NCBI GenBank assembly: GCA_030265395.1
Contig: JARFYF010000058.1
Coordinates: 7,941,380-8,005,379 of the forward strand
Direction of reading: 5' to 3'
Length of the DNA: 64,000 nucleotides
DNA from: Rhina ancylostomus
Lineage: Eukaryota
Shown here: piece by piece, positions 1-12,049 of the stretch
Numbering within the stretch: position 1 is the stretch's first letter
Layout: every line of letters starts with the position of its first letter
Program-made: the position numbers and the translations under genes
Notes under the pieces: model-generated
The model's input: only the letters and a program-made list of their open reading frames with translations
Told to the model about the DNA's origin: nothing
Databases searched by the model: none

Positions 1-2700
1 TTCTGTTTTTATTTTTAGCAGACTTCACTGCTGCTCAAAATTAGGAATTGTGTCCTCAGCTTACTGTTCCTTTGTTCCAAAGTTCACCAGGAAACAGTAG
101 ATTGTCCTTCAGACACCTGTGAGCTGTGTTGCAGACATTAGGCATGACAAGTTTACAGCCAATGTCTTCATCACTGTTTTGCATTATCTCCTTAAATCTT
201 GATGTGTAGCTACATGTTGCATTGTAAGTGGAGCTGTCTTGTGTGTTCCACATTCTCTTCAATGCGCTCTGCCAAATACTAAATCTCACTACTTCCCTTT
301 TCCTTCTCTGGCTCTAGAAAGCTGTGACAAAGAACCTTGGCAAACATTCTGTTCATTTCATTGTAAGCGGTTTCATTATATTTAGAATCCCAATCCCTCT
401 GACTTTGTATTGCAAAAGAAGGCATCGATGAAGTAGGTAAATGTTTCCTAGTTTAATGTTGTTATTCTATAGGAGGAGTTTCTTAATTTCTTTATGCTAT
501 AGTGGAACTTCAAAGTGATCTATCTCAACATGTCTCAAAGGCATTTGTAGCTTGCTCCTTCACAGTATAGTTTCATTCTACAAACTTCTAAGCACATGCT
601 CCAAATGTATCATTCCTTTTCTCTGCAAATCCATACAATATACTGAAGAGTATAAAATATTACTAGAGGTTTCTTGTAACATGGATGAAATTATTGTTGG
701 AAGCAGTTTTGATTCTTCATTTTTCAGTTCATCATCGGAGAGCAAGTCAGCCATCTGACCTATTGCCTATATGACTTCAACTCTCACTTTGGAATCTTTT
801 GTCACCAACCGTCAGCAGAAAAGATCATTCTAACTGGCAGAAAACTCATGAAACAAACTCTTCATTGAACACTTTGGAGTCTCGTGTGCACACACGTCCT
901 CGCTCAGTGATGGAAAAGGTGAGCAGCTTCAAATTCCTGGGCGTCAACATCTCAGAGGATGTATCCTGGGCCCAACACATTGATGCAAATGCAAAGAAGG
1001 CACACTAGTGGCTTTACTTTGTTAGGAGTTCGAGGAGATCTGGTATGCCACCAAAGACTCATACAAATTTCTATAGATGTACAGTGGAGAGCATCCTGAC
1101 TGGTTGCAATACCACCTGGTATGGAGCCTCCAATGCACAGGCTGTTGGGGATTCTAGGACATCTTCAAGAAGGCAGCACCTCAAGTAGGCAACATCTATC
1201 ATTCAGGACCCTCACCATCTGGGACATGCCCTCTTCTCGTTACTACCATCAAGGAGGAGGTACAGTAGCCTCAAGACCCAAACTCAATAATTCAGGAACA
1301 GCTTCTTCCCCTCCACCATCGGATTTCTGAACGATCCATGAACCCATGAGCACTACCTCATTATTCCTTTTTTCTTGCACTATTTGTTTTTGTAATTTAT
1401 AGATTTTATGTCTTTGTACTGTACTGCTGCCATAAAACAACAAATTTCACATCATATGTCAGTGATAATAAATCTGATTCTGCCAAGTATGCAATTATAT
1501 TGCATGAACCACAAAATGAGTTTCAAGACAGGTGTTAATTAGTGCTACAAATTACTTGCCATCAATGTGTGCAAAATTAACGTGTTTTATTTTTAAAGTA
1601 TATTGATGGCACACATCTGAAAGTTCCAGTCATGTCCTGCATTGAATCATTGTGGTGAGGCAGGACTTAACCAGGAGTCCTCCTAACCCTAACAGACTCT
1701 TCCCTCCAGCAGTGCCTGGTATGCTCTGAATTGCACAGATTTGATTGGCCAATTATGGAACCCAAGTCCTTATAATCCTTCTCAGAAAGTTTACGCTTCA
1801 TCTGCCCATTAGAATACACTTGACAGTTCATCAACCCACCCACCCTGCTCAAACCCAATCAGTCTCATTTTTGTCTGCTGAGATTGACTGTCATGAGCAT
1901 TAGTCCTGCCCACTTTGTTAGTTAACGTTCAGGAATGGGGAAAGCACACAAAGGCAGTCGGTGGAAGCCACCCACACCAGCCATGCAACTGGAGTACTTG
2001 CCAGTATTTAAAAAATGTTGACAGTAGGGTTTGAGAATTAAATAAACATTTATTTACAAAAACAAATTAACATTTGCTATAACTGGAGTGTGGAGCCCAT
2101 ATCCAGATCAAACCATCACAGCATGTATCTGTCTGTCCCCCATGGACCCCCATGCCATAAAATTCCATCATTGTTGGGCAGTATATTCTAAATCATGATT
2201 AATGAAGGCTTCTTTGATAGAATGGAAAATGCTCATTAACCACAGGCTGATCTGTGGAAACAGTGGGTTCGTTGCCTTACCTCTTTACCACTTTAGTGGT
2301 AAATCTGAAACCCAATCTGACTAGGAAGCTTTTGCAAGATTCTTGTTTTTCATCAGTTCCCTTTTGTGGTTCTCCCATCACAGCTAAATTGATTTTTTTT
2401 GGCCACTCATGGTCCTTCATACTTTGTTATCTTTAACAGGTACTTTCCCTCTTAAACCAGAGAGTTGTGGCAGAGTTTTAGAAGTGAATGGATTGCTCTG
2501 TGGGATTTCAGGTGCAGTTGACTTTGCTCTCATTGAACAGGGTACACAGAGACATAAATATACCAACAATTCCTGCATTATATAGCCTTTTTTTTAAAAC
2601 TAGATACCCCAACCTATGGAATCCAAAGTAGACATTCTGCCAATGCTTGTGCTCTCAATACTCCTAATGACATTTATCTCCAAAAGTTACAGCAGTTTGA
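1..2700 (-). pseudogene. Decayed Maestro heat-like repeat (MROH1-like) pseudogene, N-terminal part; runs off the left edge
   Basis: Collinear minus-strand blocks across stops and frameshifts: KKINLAVMGE..TDEKQESCKSFLVRLGFRFTTKVVKR (about 2400-2280); IIAYLA|ERGRVCTRDSKVFNEEF across the LINE; DLFC*RLVTKDSKVRVEVI*AIGQMADLLSDDELKNEESKLLPTII (about 830-690); DWDSKYNETAYNEMNRMFAKVLCHSF...YLAERIEENVEHTRQLHLQ (about 395-222). These resemble remembered MROH1 segments in the same order. Confidence 0.7.
906..1480 (+). mobile_element. 5'-truncated Rex1/Babar-type LINE 3' end
   Basis: EKVSSFKFLGVNISEDVSWAQHID..AKKAH, then FYRCTVESILTGC; tail AATAAA TCTGATTC. Removing it rejoins the MROH-like frame. Confidence 0.85.
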
Positions 2701-3689
2701 TTTGAAGGAACACTTTGTCTCAATAATAATTTCAATTTACAACCTTAATAACCAACCTATGTATTTCAAACCAGAGAACTCAATGAAAATATTTGAGTTA
2801 GTTCCTTGCAATTGAATTAAAGATTTTGCCCTGTACTATTTGATCAATATTCCACTGGTACAAAAAGTACTTGTTTACAGCTAAACGATCTTGAGTTGTC
2901 AAGCTTTTTGACAATAGATTTTCACACTTAATCTTGTTAATAATTTAATTGCCCTGTAGAAGATGGAAAAGAATATTTATTTCTCAAAATCAAAGCTTGA
3001 TTTTAATATTAAATTTTTTTGAATGAACATCTTGGCAAATTATAAATTTAAAATAAAATCTAAAAAATCAAATTACTTGATCTCCATTTACTGATCTATT
3101 CAGCTCTGTGCTATCCTAAGCAATTTATTTACCAGAAAACAGAATTTGCCTTCAGTTATTTGTGCTGAACATGCAATATATTACTGCCTATGCATGGTAC
3201 AATACTCTCAAAGTTCAGTCCCATTGCCAGTGCTAAACTTTGTGAGTACAACCCAAAGCTACCATATGATTGCAAGTTTAGGGCCAGTGACCAAGGATAA
3301 ACATGTAGCCCAATAATTTCCTACAAATACATCCATGATCCACTGAAGGAAAGTGCTATCTCAGGGCTCGATTTTAATTTTTTTAAAAATGAAAACACCC
3401 TAAAGGTCTACTTGTAGAAATAGTTTAATTAATTTTTATTAACAAAACTCAGAACTGGCAGTAAATGTCACCTCTGCAGAATCTACATTTACTGTCATTT
3501 TGCTTCAAGGTGCTGCACATGGCTTTCAAAATGAGCACATAGACCACAGAACAATCTCACTTGTTTCTTTGTCAACACTATCAGAGGCTAGATCAATGCC
3601 ACGCAGATCAAGAAGGAACTGTGTGGATGGTTAGAATAAAAGGAATATCTAATTTGTGTAAAGGTAATTACTCCCATGTGGATTCACTC

Positions 3690-3855
3690 TATCAGAGATA
3701 TTTCTTCTGTTCTAATCATCCCTACCTCACTTTCTCTCCTGCCAAAAGCTATCTTGTTTTTAATCTCTTTCCCAATTCTGATGAAGAGACATTAAATGTT
3801 TTTTCCTTCCGCAGATGCTCCCTGACCTACTGAATGCTTCCAGTCTTTTTGTTCC
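3690..3855 (+). mobile_element. Decayed Penelope-like terminal repeat fragment
   Basis: TTCCCAATTCTGATGAAG...CAGATGCTCCCTGACCTACTGA, shared with other copies in the window. Confidence 0.55.
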
Positions 3856-3869
3856 ATTAAAAAGATAAC

Positions 3870-4690
3870 TCAGACACAAGAGATTCTGCAGATGCTGGAA
3901 TCTGGAGCTACACACACAAAATGCTGGAGGAACTCAGCAGGTCAGGCAGCATCTATGGNNNNNNNNNNNNNNNNNNNNNNNNNNNNNNNNNNNNNNNNNN
4001 NNNNNNNNNNNNNNNNNNNNNNNNNNNNNNNNNNNNNNNNNNNNNNNNNNNNNNNNNNNNNNNNNNNNNNNNNNNNNNNNNNNNNNNNNNNNNNNNNNNN
4101 NNNNNNNNNNNNNNNNNNNNNNNNNNNNNNNNNNNNNNNNNNNNNNNNNNNNNNNNNNNNNNNNNNNNNNNNNNNNNNNNNNNNNNNNNNNNNNNNNNNN
4201 NNNNNNNNNNNNNNNNNNNNNNNNNNNNNNNNNNNNNNNNNNNNNNNNNNNNNNNNNNNNNNNNNNNNNNNNNNNNNNNNNNNNNNNNNNNNNNNNNNNN
4301 NNNNNNNNNNNNNNNNNNNNNNNNNNNNNNNNNNNNNNNNNNNNNNNNNNNNNNNNNNNNNNNNNNNNNNNNNNNNNNNNNNNNNNNNNNNNNNNNNNNN
4401 NNNNNNNNNNNNNNNNNNNNNNNNNNNNNNNNNNNNNNNNNNNNNNNNNNNNNNNNNNNNNNNNNNNNNNNNNNNNNNNNNNNNNNNNNNNNNNNNNNNN
4501 NNNNNNNNNNNNNNNNNNNNNNNNNNNNNNNNNNNNNNNNNNNNNNNNNNNNNNNNNNNNNNNNNNNNNNNNNNNNNNNNNNNNNNNNNNNNNNNNNNNN
4601 NNAGGTGCTCGACAAAGCAGTCACCCAATCTGTCAGGCCTCACTGACAGAACAAAGGTGCCCGACGAAGCGGTCACCCAATCTGCGTCAA
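3870..4690 (-). mobile_element. Penelope-like element 3' part spanning an assembly gap
   Basis: Left flank is the family terminus (CTGCAGATGCTGGAATCTGGAGC...CAGCAGGTCAGGCAGCATC); right flank translates RLGDCFVEH, part of the GIY-YIG region also seen at 63.4 kb. Confidence 0.7.
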
Positions 4691-6199
4691 GCTATTCAGC
4701 AATCCGTAATTAAAATAGATACAAGGCACAAAGTCTTATCTTTCAAAGGATCAGCACTTTTTAATAAAGGGAAGCTCATATCCCAGTAGACTATGAATTT
4801 GGAACTTTGTTTATCAGAAGATAAATCACTGAATCCTGGTTACTTGGTGACAAACAGAATGAATATTAATTCAATAATCTCTAAAATACCACAATTTTGT
4901 TAAGGACGACACTGAACCAAGGGACCTTAATTGTTTTAATATCGTTCTCTTACCTCAGCACAAGACCTCGCAAGTTTATTGTAGTCCTCTAACCAGTCAA
5001 TTAACCACAGCAATACTTCACAAGTAGCAATACCAGAAGCAGCAGCACTACTCAATCTATAAATACACTCTGAGGGAACAAGGAACAGATGACGCTAGAA
5101 TGATTTGGAGCATGAATTCTATCATTCTACTACAGAGCGCTTCTCCCAAACAAGTCAACAGAAACACAAGTTTGTTGAAGTTTGAATTGGAATTGAATTT
5201 GTTGGCAAAATATTAAGTTGTGGATTTGCACAGCTTCCCCATGTCCCAAAGCATATTGCAATCAACAAAATACTTCTTAAGTCCTAGTTGTAATGTAGGA
5301 AATAGGAAGCACAATTTCCTGTAATTCAGTATCCTGCACGTAATTTCTAGACGTTATAGGGAATCAGCGAACATTCTGACAGGCCGAGGGTATTTTTTCT
5401 TCCCCCCATCCCACAAAGTGCTGCTTCTTTACAGAAAGAAAATGACTGAATCGTTGGCAATGAACACAAATTAATTGCTTCATTTGACTTTCTGGTAATA
5501 CACACAGCAGCTGAATGTGGTAGAATTTTTGTGCGTCAATGACATTTTTAATGTGAATATTTATTTAAAATATTTTTGAACAAATTATATATTTCCCTCA
5601 CTGAGTGAGAAATAGGATATGTCATCAATTATTCTCAACTCAAGTGTAACACATCTAATAGCTTGATAGCTTTAATGTGAGAACTCTTTACCACATCACC
5701 AATCTAATGTGCTGTTTCATCAATACTTTTACTTCACACTAAAGCGCACTCCAAAATGATGATACAGGAGAGGTAGCCGAGTGATTAGTGGTTCAGAACC
5801 AGCAACCAACAATTTAAGCTCATCTTAAAGTATTAATTGAATTCAATAAATCTGGCAACTTGTCAGCTGCCACTGGAAAATAGCTAACATGAAAGCTGCC
5901 ACACAGATTATAATTGGTTCACTAGTGTCCTCAAGGAAATTGCCATCTCTTACACCCAACTCCACCAGTGTGTGGTTGATTCGGGGGCCTCAATGAATCT
6001 AAGACTGCTATTCTTTGGTGCCGCATTCCAATAATAGTCTTTTAAAAGTATCCTTATAAACAACAGTGTTGACCTTTGTTTCTAGACTGGATTTTGAATC
6101 AAATTTCAGATTTAAACTGCCTCCGTAAACTGAGTTATTCATACTGGATCTCTCAGCTGTAGTTGGTAAAATTGTAAATTTCTCCTCTTCATTTTGAGT

Positions 6200-6660
6200 A
6201 TTGGTTTATTATTGTCACTTGTACCGAGGTACAGTGGAAAAACTTGTCTTGCAAATTCATTACCCTGTACTACCTCAATGCACTGTGTAAAAACAATAAT
6301 AGAATCCATAGTGTCACAGCTACAGAGGAAGTGCAGTGCATGTAGACAATAAGGTGCAAGGTCATAACAAGGTAGATTGTGAGGTCAAGGGTCCATTTCA
6401 TCATATAAAGGAATTGTTCAATAGTCTTAAAACAGCAGGATAGCTGTCCTTGAGCCTGGTGGTATGTTCCATCAGGCAGAAGATACAGGAGCCTGAGGGC
6501 AAAGGGGAGAAGAGAGAATGACCCTGGTGGGAGGATTCTTTGATTAGGCTGGCTGCTTCACCAAGGCAGCGAGAAGTATAGACAGAGTCTGGTTTCCGTG
6601 ATGCGCTGGGCTGTGTCCACAACTCTGCATTTTCTTGCAATCGCTGTACCAAGCCTTCAA
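6200..6660 (-). mobile_element. Rex-type LINE 3' fragment
   Basis: SVYTSRCLGEAASLIKESSHQGHSLFSPLPSG...TTRLKDSYPAVLRLLN, the typical C-terminus of these RT ORFs; tail GACAATAATAAACC. Confidence 0.75.
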
Positions 6661-9059
6661 TCTCAAACATCATTATAGGTTTCATAAAGTGCTACTTGTT
6701 ACTTGTAAATGTGGTGAATTGAAAACTCAAAAGGTTAATAGATTTAATAATATTTATTGCAATGTAATTTACTAAGTGTTTATCATTATTTGTGTGCTCA
6801 CATTTGTGCACAGAACCATTTAATCAAACAATTTCAGTTTGAACATATCACATCTCATTCTGGGTGAATATTTAATTAATCTTTGTATTCTTGAAATTAC
6901 AATTAATTACAGTGATAGTAGGCTCAGTAATATTTATGGTTCCTTTAAATCTCATTCTCAAAAATTGTTATTTAATTAAGACGACTATTATCTACTCAGC
7001 TGTTGCTGAGGCAACAGCCTGAATTATCTAAGCATGTGTTATTATGCAACTTTGTCACTTTATTCCAAGGCAAAAGATTATATTTTTGGAAATACAGGGA
7101 GATTGCCGCCATTTCAAAATGCACTCGTCAGTCTCTCTGCATTATTGAACTGTAGAACCCCATTCTTCAATGGGCAAAGCTTGGACAGATTATATATTTT
7201 GACATTCCCCAAGCAAGCAAATGAAAAATTGCTCAGAGATCCAATTTATTTCCACCTACATCACAGAGGGAAATGAAAATCACAATTGTGTCAAAAGGAA
7301 ATAATTTTTTTTTAAATGTGATTTGAAATATGTCAAAACTCTCCAGTCTAGAGTTTTCATGTGCACAGCTTGAATAGTCTGATTTGGCAAGGGTCTCTGT
7401 GAGAAAGTTAAGAGATGTCTGTCTTTTTTCTGCCACCTTATGTTTTTGGTGAATGGTGTGGTTGATGATTCTGAAGTGATTACTCCTGTTAATTCTAAGT
7501 GTGCACAAAAAAGGAGTGTGCAATTTCTGTGACACACTCATTTCTATTATGAAGAGAATTATCTAATTCAGAAAAGCAATTGGGTCAAGAATAAGTCACT
7601 CTTCAACACTCAGATAAGAAAATTAAAGTGATTATTTTTATTTCAATTTTCTTGATAATTAACAGAGAACCAAGTCCAGCTGGCCTGCATGATACAGCAA
7701 TACACAAGGGAATTTAATGCTCTAGTTATTGCAATCTTCATATTTCGAGTCCATTTTTTGCTTCTATGTATTTCAATCCCACAGAAGAGGCTGCTGTACC
7801 ATTTAAAGAATTGTGATTACAAAGTTTTGTTTCCATAATCAAGAATTGCATAGCAGGGGAACTACAGCACACCCCAGACCCATAGTTAGAGACTATCTCA
7901 ATACCCTGCACAGATAAACCATAGGAGAGGGACTGGCAATCTATTATATTACCACAAAAAGAAACAAAATCAAGACAATAAATTAATCCAGCTAAACAGA
8001 ACTTTAATAATAATGAGGTTAATTTTGTTTTAAAAAAATTCAAATGCAGAGTACCCACCATGTTTGACGGAAAAGCTACTGGAGTTAAAAAGAAACCCAC
8101 CACAGGTGGCATCAGATTATAGATACATGGTAATATTCACAGGACTCAAAACAGGCAACATTCATGAAAGGGAAAGTCCTCCTGTCCTTTTATTTTGTGT
8201 GCACATGCGCGCATTTAAAAAAGCAAAACTAAGCAACACAGAAATGCCAGTGCATTCTGTAAGGCACAATGTTTTGTGGCAACTGCAGAGGAAAAGAACA
8301 AAAACAAAATCATACAAATACTGGACCTGTACTGGACTGGCATATTACATACACCATACACTAATGAAACTGATGCTATGTGCACCAATAATGAAGCTGG
8401 CATATTATGTACAGGGTACTGGCATGGTATTACATGTACCGGCACTGTCATCAGTGTACATGCATCAGCACCAGTGCCAGTGCCAATATTGCACGTTTCA
8501 AAACTGTCTTACAAATCCCAGGTCCCAGTCTGGTAGATTTGTACTGGGGAACCACTGACAAAACCCATGATACTTGCCGCAAAACTAAATTTTTTTTTCA
8601 AACTCACAAAAAACCTGCTTGTTGTTTGTTTGTCAATCAGCTTTCTGCACAATGCATCCACTTATCTTTTCCCTTTACTGTTGTGTGCTAGGTGATTAAG
8701 ATGGATACCAGATTTTCAACAAGAAACAAAGACATTACCAGTGTTGGGCCAGACTGTTCTGTGGAATGGTCACTAGAGTTAATGTTTCATATGATTATTA
8801 TACATTAACTGGTCATTTTCACTTTAACTACACTATTGAAACTGCAGCCAGAGCAAATGCTAACACATTGTGTTCATTGATACCAAGACAGATATGGCAT
8901 GGAGGGTCAGTTTAAATTGCATGCATTTGTACAGTACAGAAAACCATCCTGCCGTAATGTTTAAGTTGTAGGAAAAGCATGAGTATATTTGAGAGTACAT
9001 CAACTGTTCAAACCAGCGAGTCAAAATCTCACAAACCACCCCATGCACAATGAAACAAT

Positions 9060-11310
9060 ATTTAGTGCATTATATATACACTTTATTTTCACATTACCTG
9101 CCGATGATATCTCACAATTGTGAAGTTGGAAAAAGTATTACATGTAAGAATGAAAATACCTTGTTCACCTAAACAGATGTTTCAGATCCATGCACAGTCC
9201 AAATAACCAATGTCACTAAAACTGCAAAACAGAGGGATTTTCCACTCCTTCCATGTGCACACCAAGTTTTTGTTTAAATGACAGCCAGATTATTGTTTAA
9301 TTGCATGTCCATTCAGTATTTCTGCACACTCACCAGAATAATGCTGAGTAATACATTGTTGGGTGTGTTTTATTCATGAGGACCATGAAGCACTGCCTCG
9401 TGCAGCAGCCCATGTGAAACTGGGTGTTTCCACACTCATCAAATGAACACAGCATTGCACCAGTGCAGACTCTTCTTCCTTTTTAAGACAGGTGCATTCA
9501 AACAGTTATGTGAATTTTATGATATATGTAAAATATGGCTCTTGTTCTACACCAATGTCAAAAGACAAGTTATTTTGTTGTTGCATACATTGGGCAATGG
9601 GTTTAACTTCACATTCTACTGTTTAACCTACAAGTCATACAAAAAAGTTAAACACATTGTTCATAGTATATAATGCTAGAATTTCCAGGATTTTTAGCAG
9701 TGCTTTGGAGATCAGTTTATGGAAACAATAAGCCAGTAGCCACTTGCAGATGAGGCATACAACTAAACAATGCACATTTCAGCACTGTTATTACAGCAAT
9801 ATTAGTGTTCTGTAAAACGGGAACTGAATGACTCAGTCAAGTGGGAGTACAATGCCATATCAACATTGACTGGCTCAAAAAAAGTGGATTAAATATTTAA
9901 AATCAACAAATAAATCAACATGATCAATTAGTTGGTAGAGCTCTATATATCCTAACCCTCCTTTATATATGTTATAATCTCCAATAAAAATTGAATAGAA
10001 AAATGCAAGCTGTTCTATAGGTTGTGCAACACCTCTGACAGTTTCAAATTTAAACACCACTTCCATATAATGCCGAGAGAGAGGTGTGGTGGTGGTGGCA
10101 GGGCTGGAAGAGAGAATGTTNNNNNNNNNNNNNNNNNNNNNNNNNNNNNNNNNNNNNNNNNNNNNNNNNNNNNNNNNNNNNNNNNNNNNNNNNNNNNNNN
10201 NNNNNNNNNNNNNNNNNNNNTATGGAAGAGATAATTTTTCCTATCATTAGAGATTTCGACTCGCTGGTACTGTAGCACTATGCATGAAGGCTATAAGAGA
10301 ACAGTGTACAAAGTTCCCAGGAACAGCTTGAAAGAGCCACATTACAAACACACAAAAAACACCAATTTCAAAGTGCTTTGGCCAGAAGTTACAACTTTAA
10401 AAAAAATGCACAGTGCATTTCACAGTGCTCGTACCTAGCACACACCAGAAACATCACCCAGGCCCAGATGGGCACCTTCCATACCCAGTACATGCCTGGG
10501 TAATGACTCACTCAGACAACACACTACAAGGTGAGCTCTGCTGCTCTGCTTTAAAGGTGAAACCTTTGCTGTGAATAGTTTATGCAATCAAAACAAGCCA
10601 GTCAGTCATCCAGGAAGTAGTGTCTTCCATTAACCCCACCATATCTAATTCACAAGTTCTGTACAACTTACAAGGAAAGAATTATAACAATGATTACTAT
10701 AAGCTCCTGTATGTGAAGCGTAAATACATAATAATAAATCCGGTACTGACGGCATGACGTGTATAAGGCAAAGACCAGCTAGATATCAAAGTAAAAATTC
10801 AAAAAAAAACGTGCGGGAATTTTAGTCTCAACCAACTGGTCTATATTTACCCAATAGTGTTCCATGATTCTACCACTCTACCAGAAGTCCAAGGATATAA
10901 TTACATGAATGTTAAAGATTCAGTTTTACCTCTTAACAAAGAACAAAACAAATTATTCCAAGTGTATCAATTTGATTTGTAGTGTAACTCAGACATGTCA
11001 TTCTTGGATCGCTGGTAGTTGTAAACATCTAATAACCCATCAACTTAAAAAATAATCATCTCTTTCCAGTCAACTTTCCATTAGCTCAGCCCAATTGCAA
11101 TGAGAACTGCTGGAGCTGAAAGATGTGAAGGTCAAAGATGAACCTCGGAAATCTCAGATTAGAATGCATGCTCTAAGCAGATCTGGAGGTTTTGCTTCAA
11201 TGTAGTGGTAGATAAGGATCTTGATCTGTACACCAGGAAAAGAAAGGAAGCCAAAGCATCAGTCTTCCAACAGGGAACGCAGGAAATAACCAAACCCACA
11301 CAGTGACAGA
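9060..11310 (-). other. WIPF2: WIPF2 3' UTR to the proximal poly(A) site; may extend to about 7620
   Basis: Follows the stop codon; long stretch free of recognisable transposons, U-rich on the minus strand. Confidence 0.6.
9082..9087 (-). terminator. Candidate polyadenylation signal AATAAA
   Basis: AATAAA on minus with an upstream UGUA and a downstream GU/U-rich tract (TTGTTTCATTGTGCATGGGGTGGTTTGTG). Other AATAAA hexamers at 9369, 8189 and 7637. Confidence 0.55.
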
Positions 11311-11351
11311 TCACCTTGCAACAGGTGGCAGAGGTGGTGCCCCTCGAACAA
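11311..11351 (-). CDS. WIPF2: WIPF2 last coding exon, VVRGAPPLPPVAR-stop
   Basis: Pyrimidine tract then CAG|TT acceptor; RGAPPLPP C-terminal motif; TGA at 11311-11313. Spliced CDS = 66+133+132+657+207+102+41 = 1338 nt (445 aa plus stop). Confidence 0.95.
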
Positions 11352-12049
11352 CTGCAAGAAATAGAAACAAAAAATGGGTTAGTTAATATCCTGAACATTA
11401 AATAGGATTTAATACTTCAAAGATTGGTTAGCTACAGTGTTTTGTTGAAGAAACTTGTGCACAAGATGTACAATTTATTTTACTCTTCATCCTTTTGAAG
11501 ATAATAACTTAAATGGGAAACTGAACCACCCTCTGGGCCTTGCGTGGCAGCTAAAAATAGGATCTGCATTTCCACTCAGTTCAATTTCTAATGGCTCTGA
11601 TGGGTGCACTTTGTGTTTTGTGTTCATAGCTTTCACTCTCAAGGGGGTACTATGAATTGCCACTTAGAAAAAAAAATGTGAAGTGGGCTCATACCATATG
11701 GCAGATTAACCACACATTATCATTTCCTTTGCTCTTTTATAGCTACCATTTAATCACTAGCTTCATAGATGCAAGCAAAAAGAAGCTACATAAATACAAG
11801 AGGTACAGGAAGAGAGTATACTGATAGGGTTAAATGAAATGTGTTGGGAGGAGGCTTGTGTAGAGGATAAACAGCAACACGATCTGGGGCCAAATATCCT
11901 ATCGTCTCCAAGTGATTCAATGTGTCATCAGCCACACAGAAAATGTTAACATTTCTAATTTTGGCACCTACACCTTAAGTTGAGGAAAGACAATAAAAAT
12001 GGACTCCCTTGACATAATGCTCTGGTAGTGTTCCAAGTCCCTCTGCTCA

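Noticed and set aside
3892-4713. Long ORFs here and at 41813-42494 and 59909-60764
   Set aside because: Open only because they cross runs of N.
8064-8691. Overlapping 78-164 aa ORFs
   Set aside because: Explained by a stop-poor degenerate repeat in the probable 3' UTR; no domain.
11305-11316. Stop-codon readthrough or a cryptic donor at AAG|GTGATC overlapping the WIPF2 stop
   Set aside because: The context is TGA TCT, not the TGA CTAG readthrough motif; the donor is weak and no downstream exon was found.
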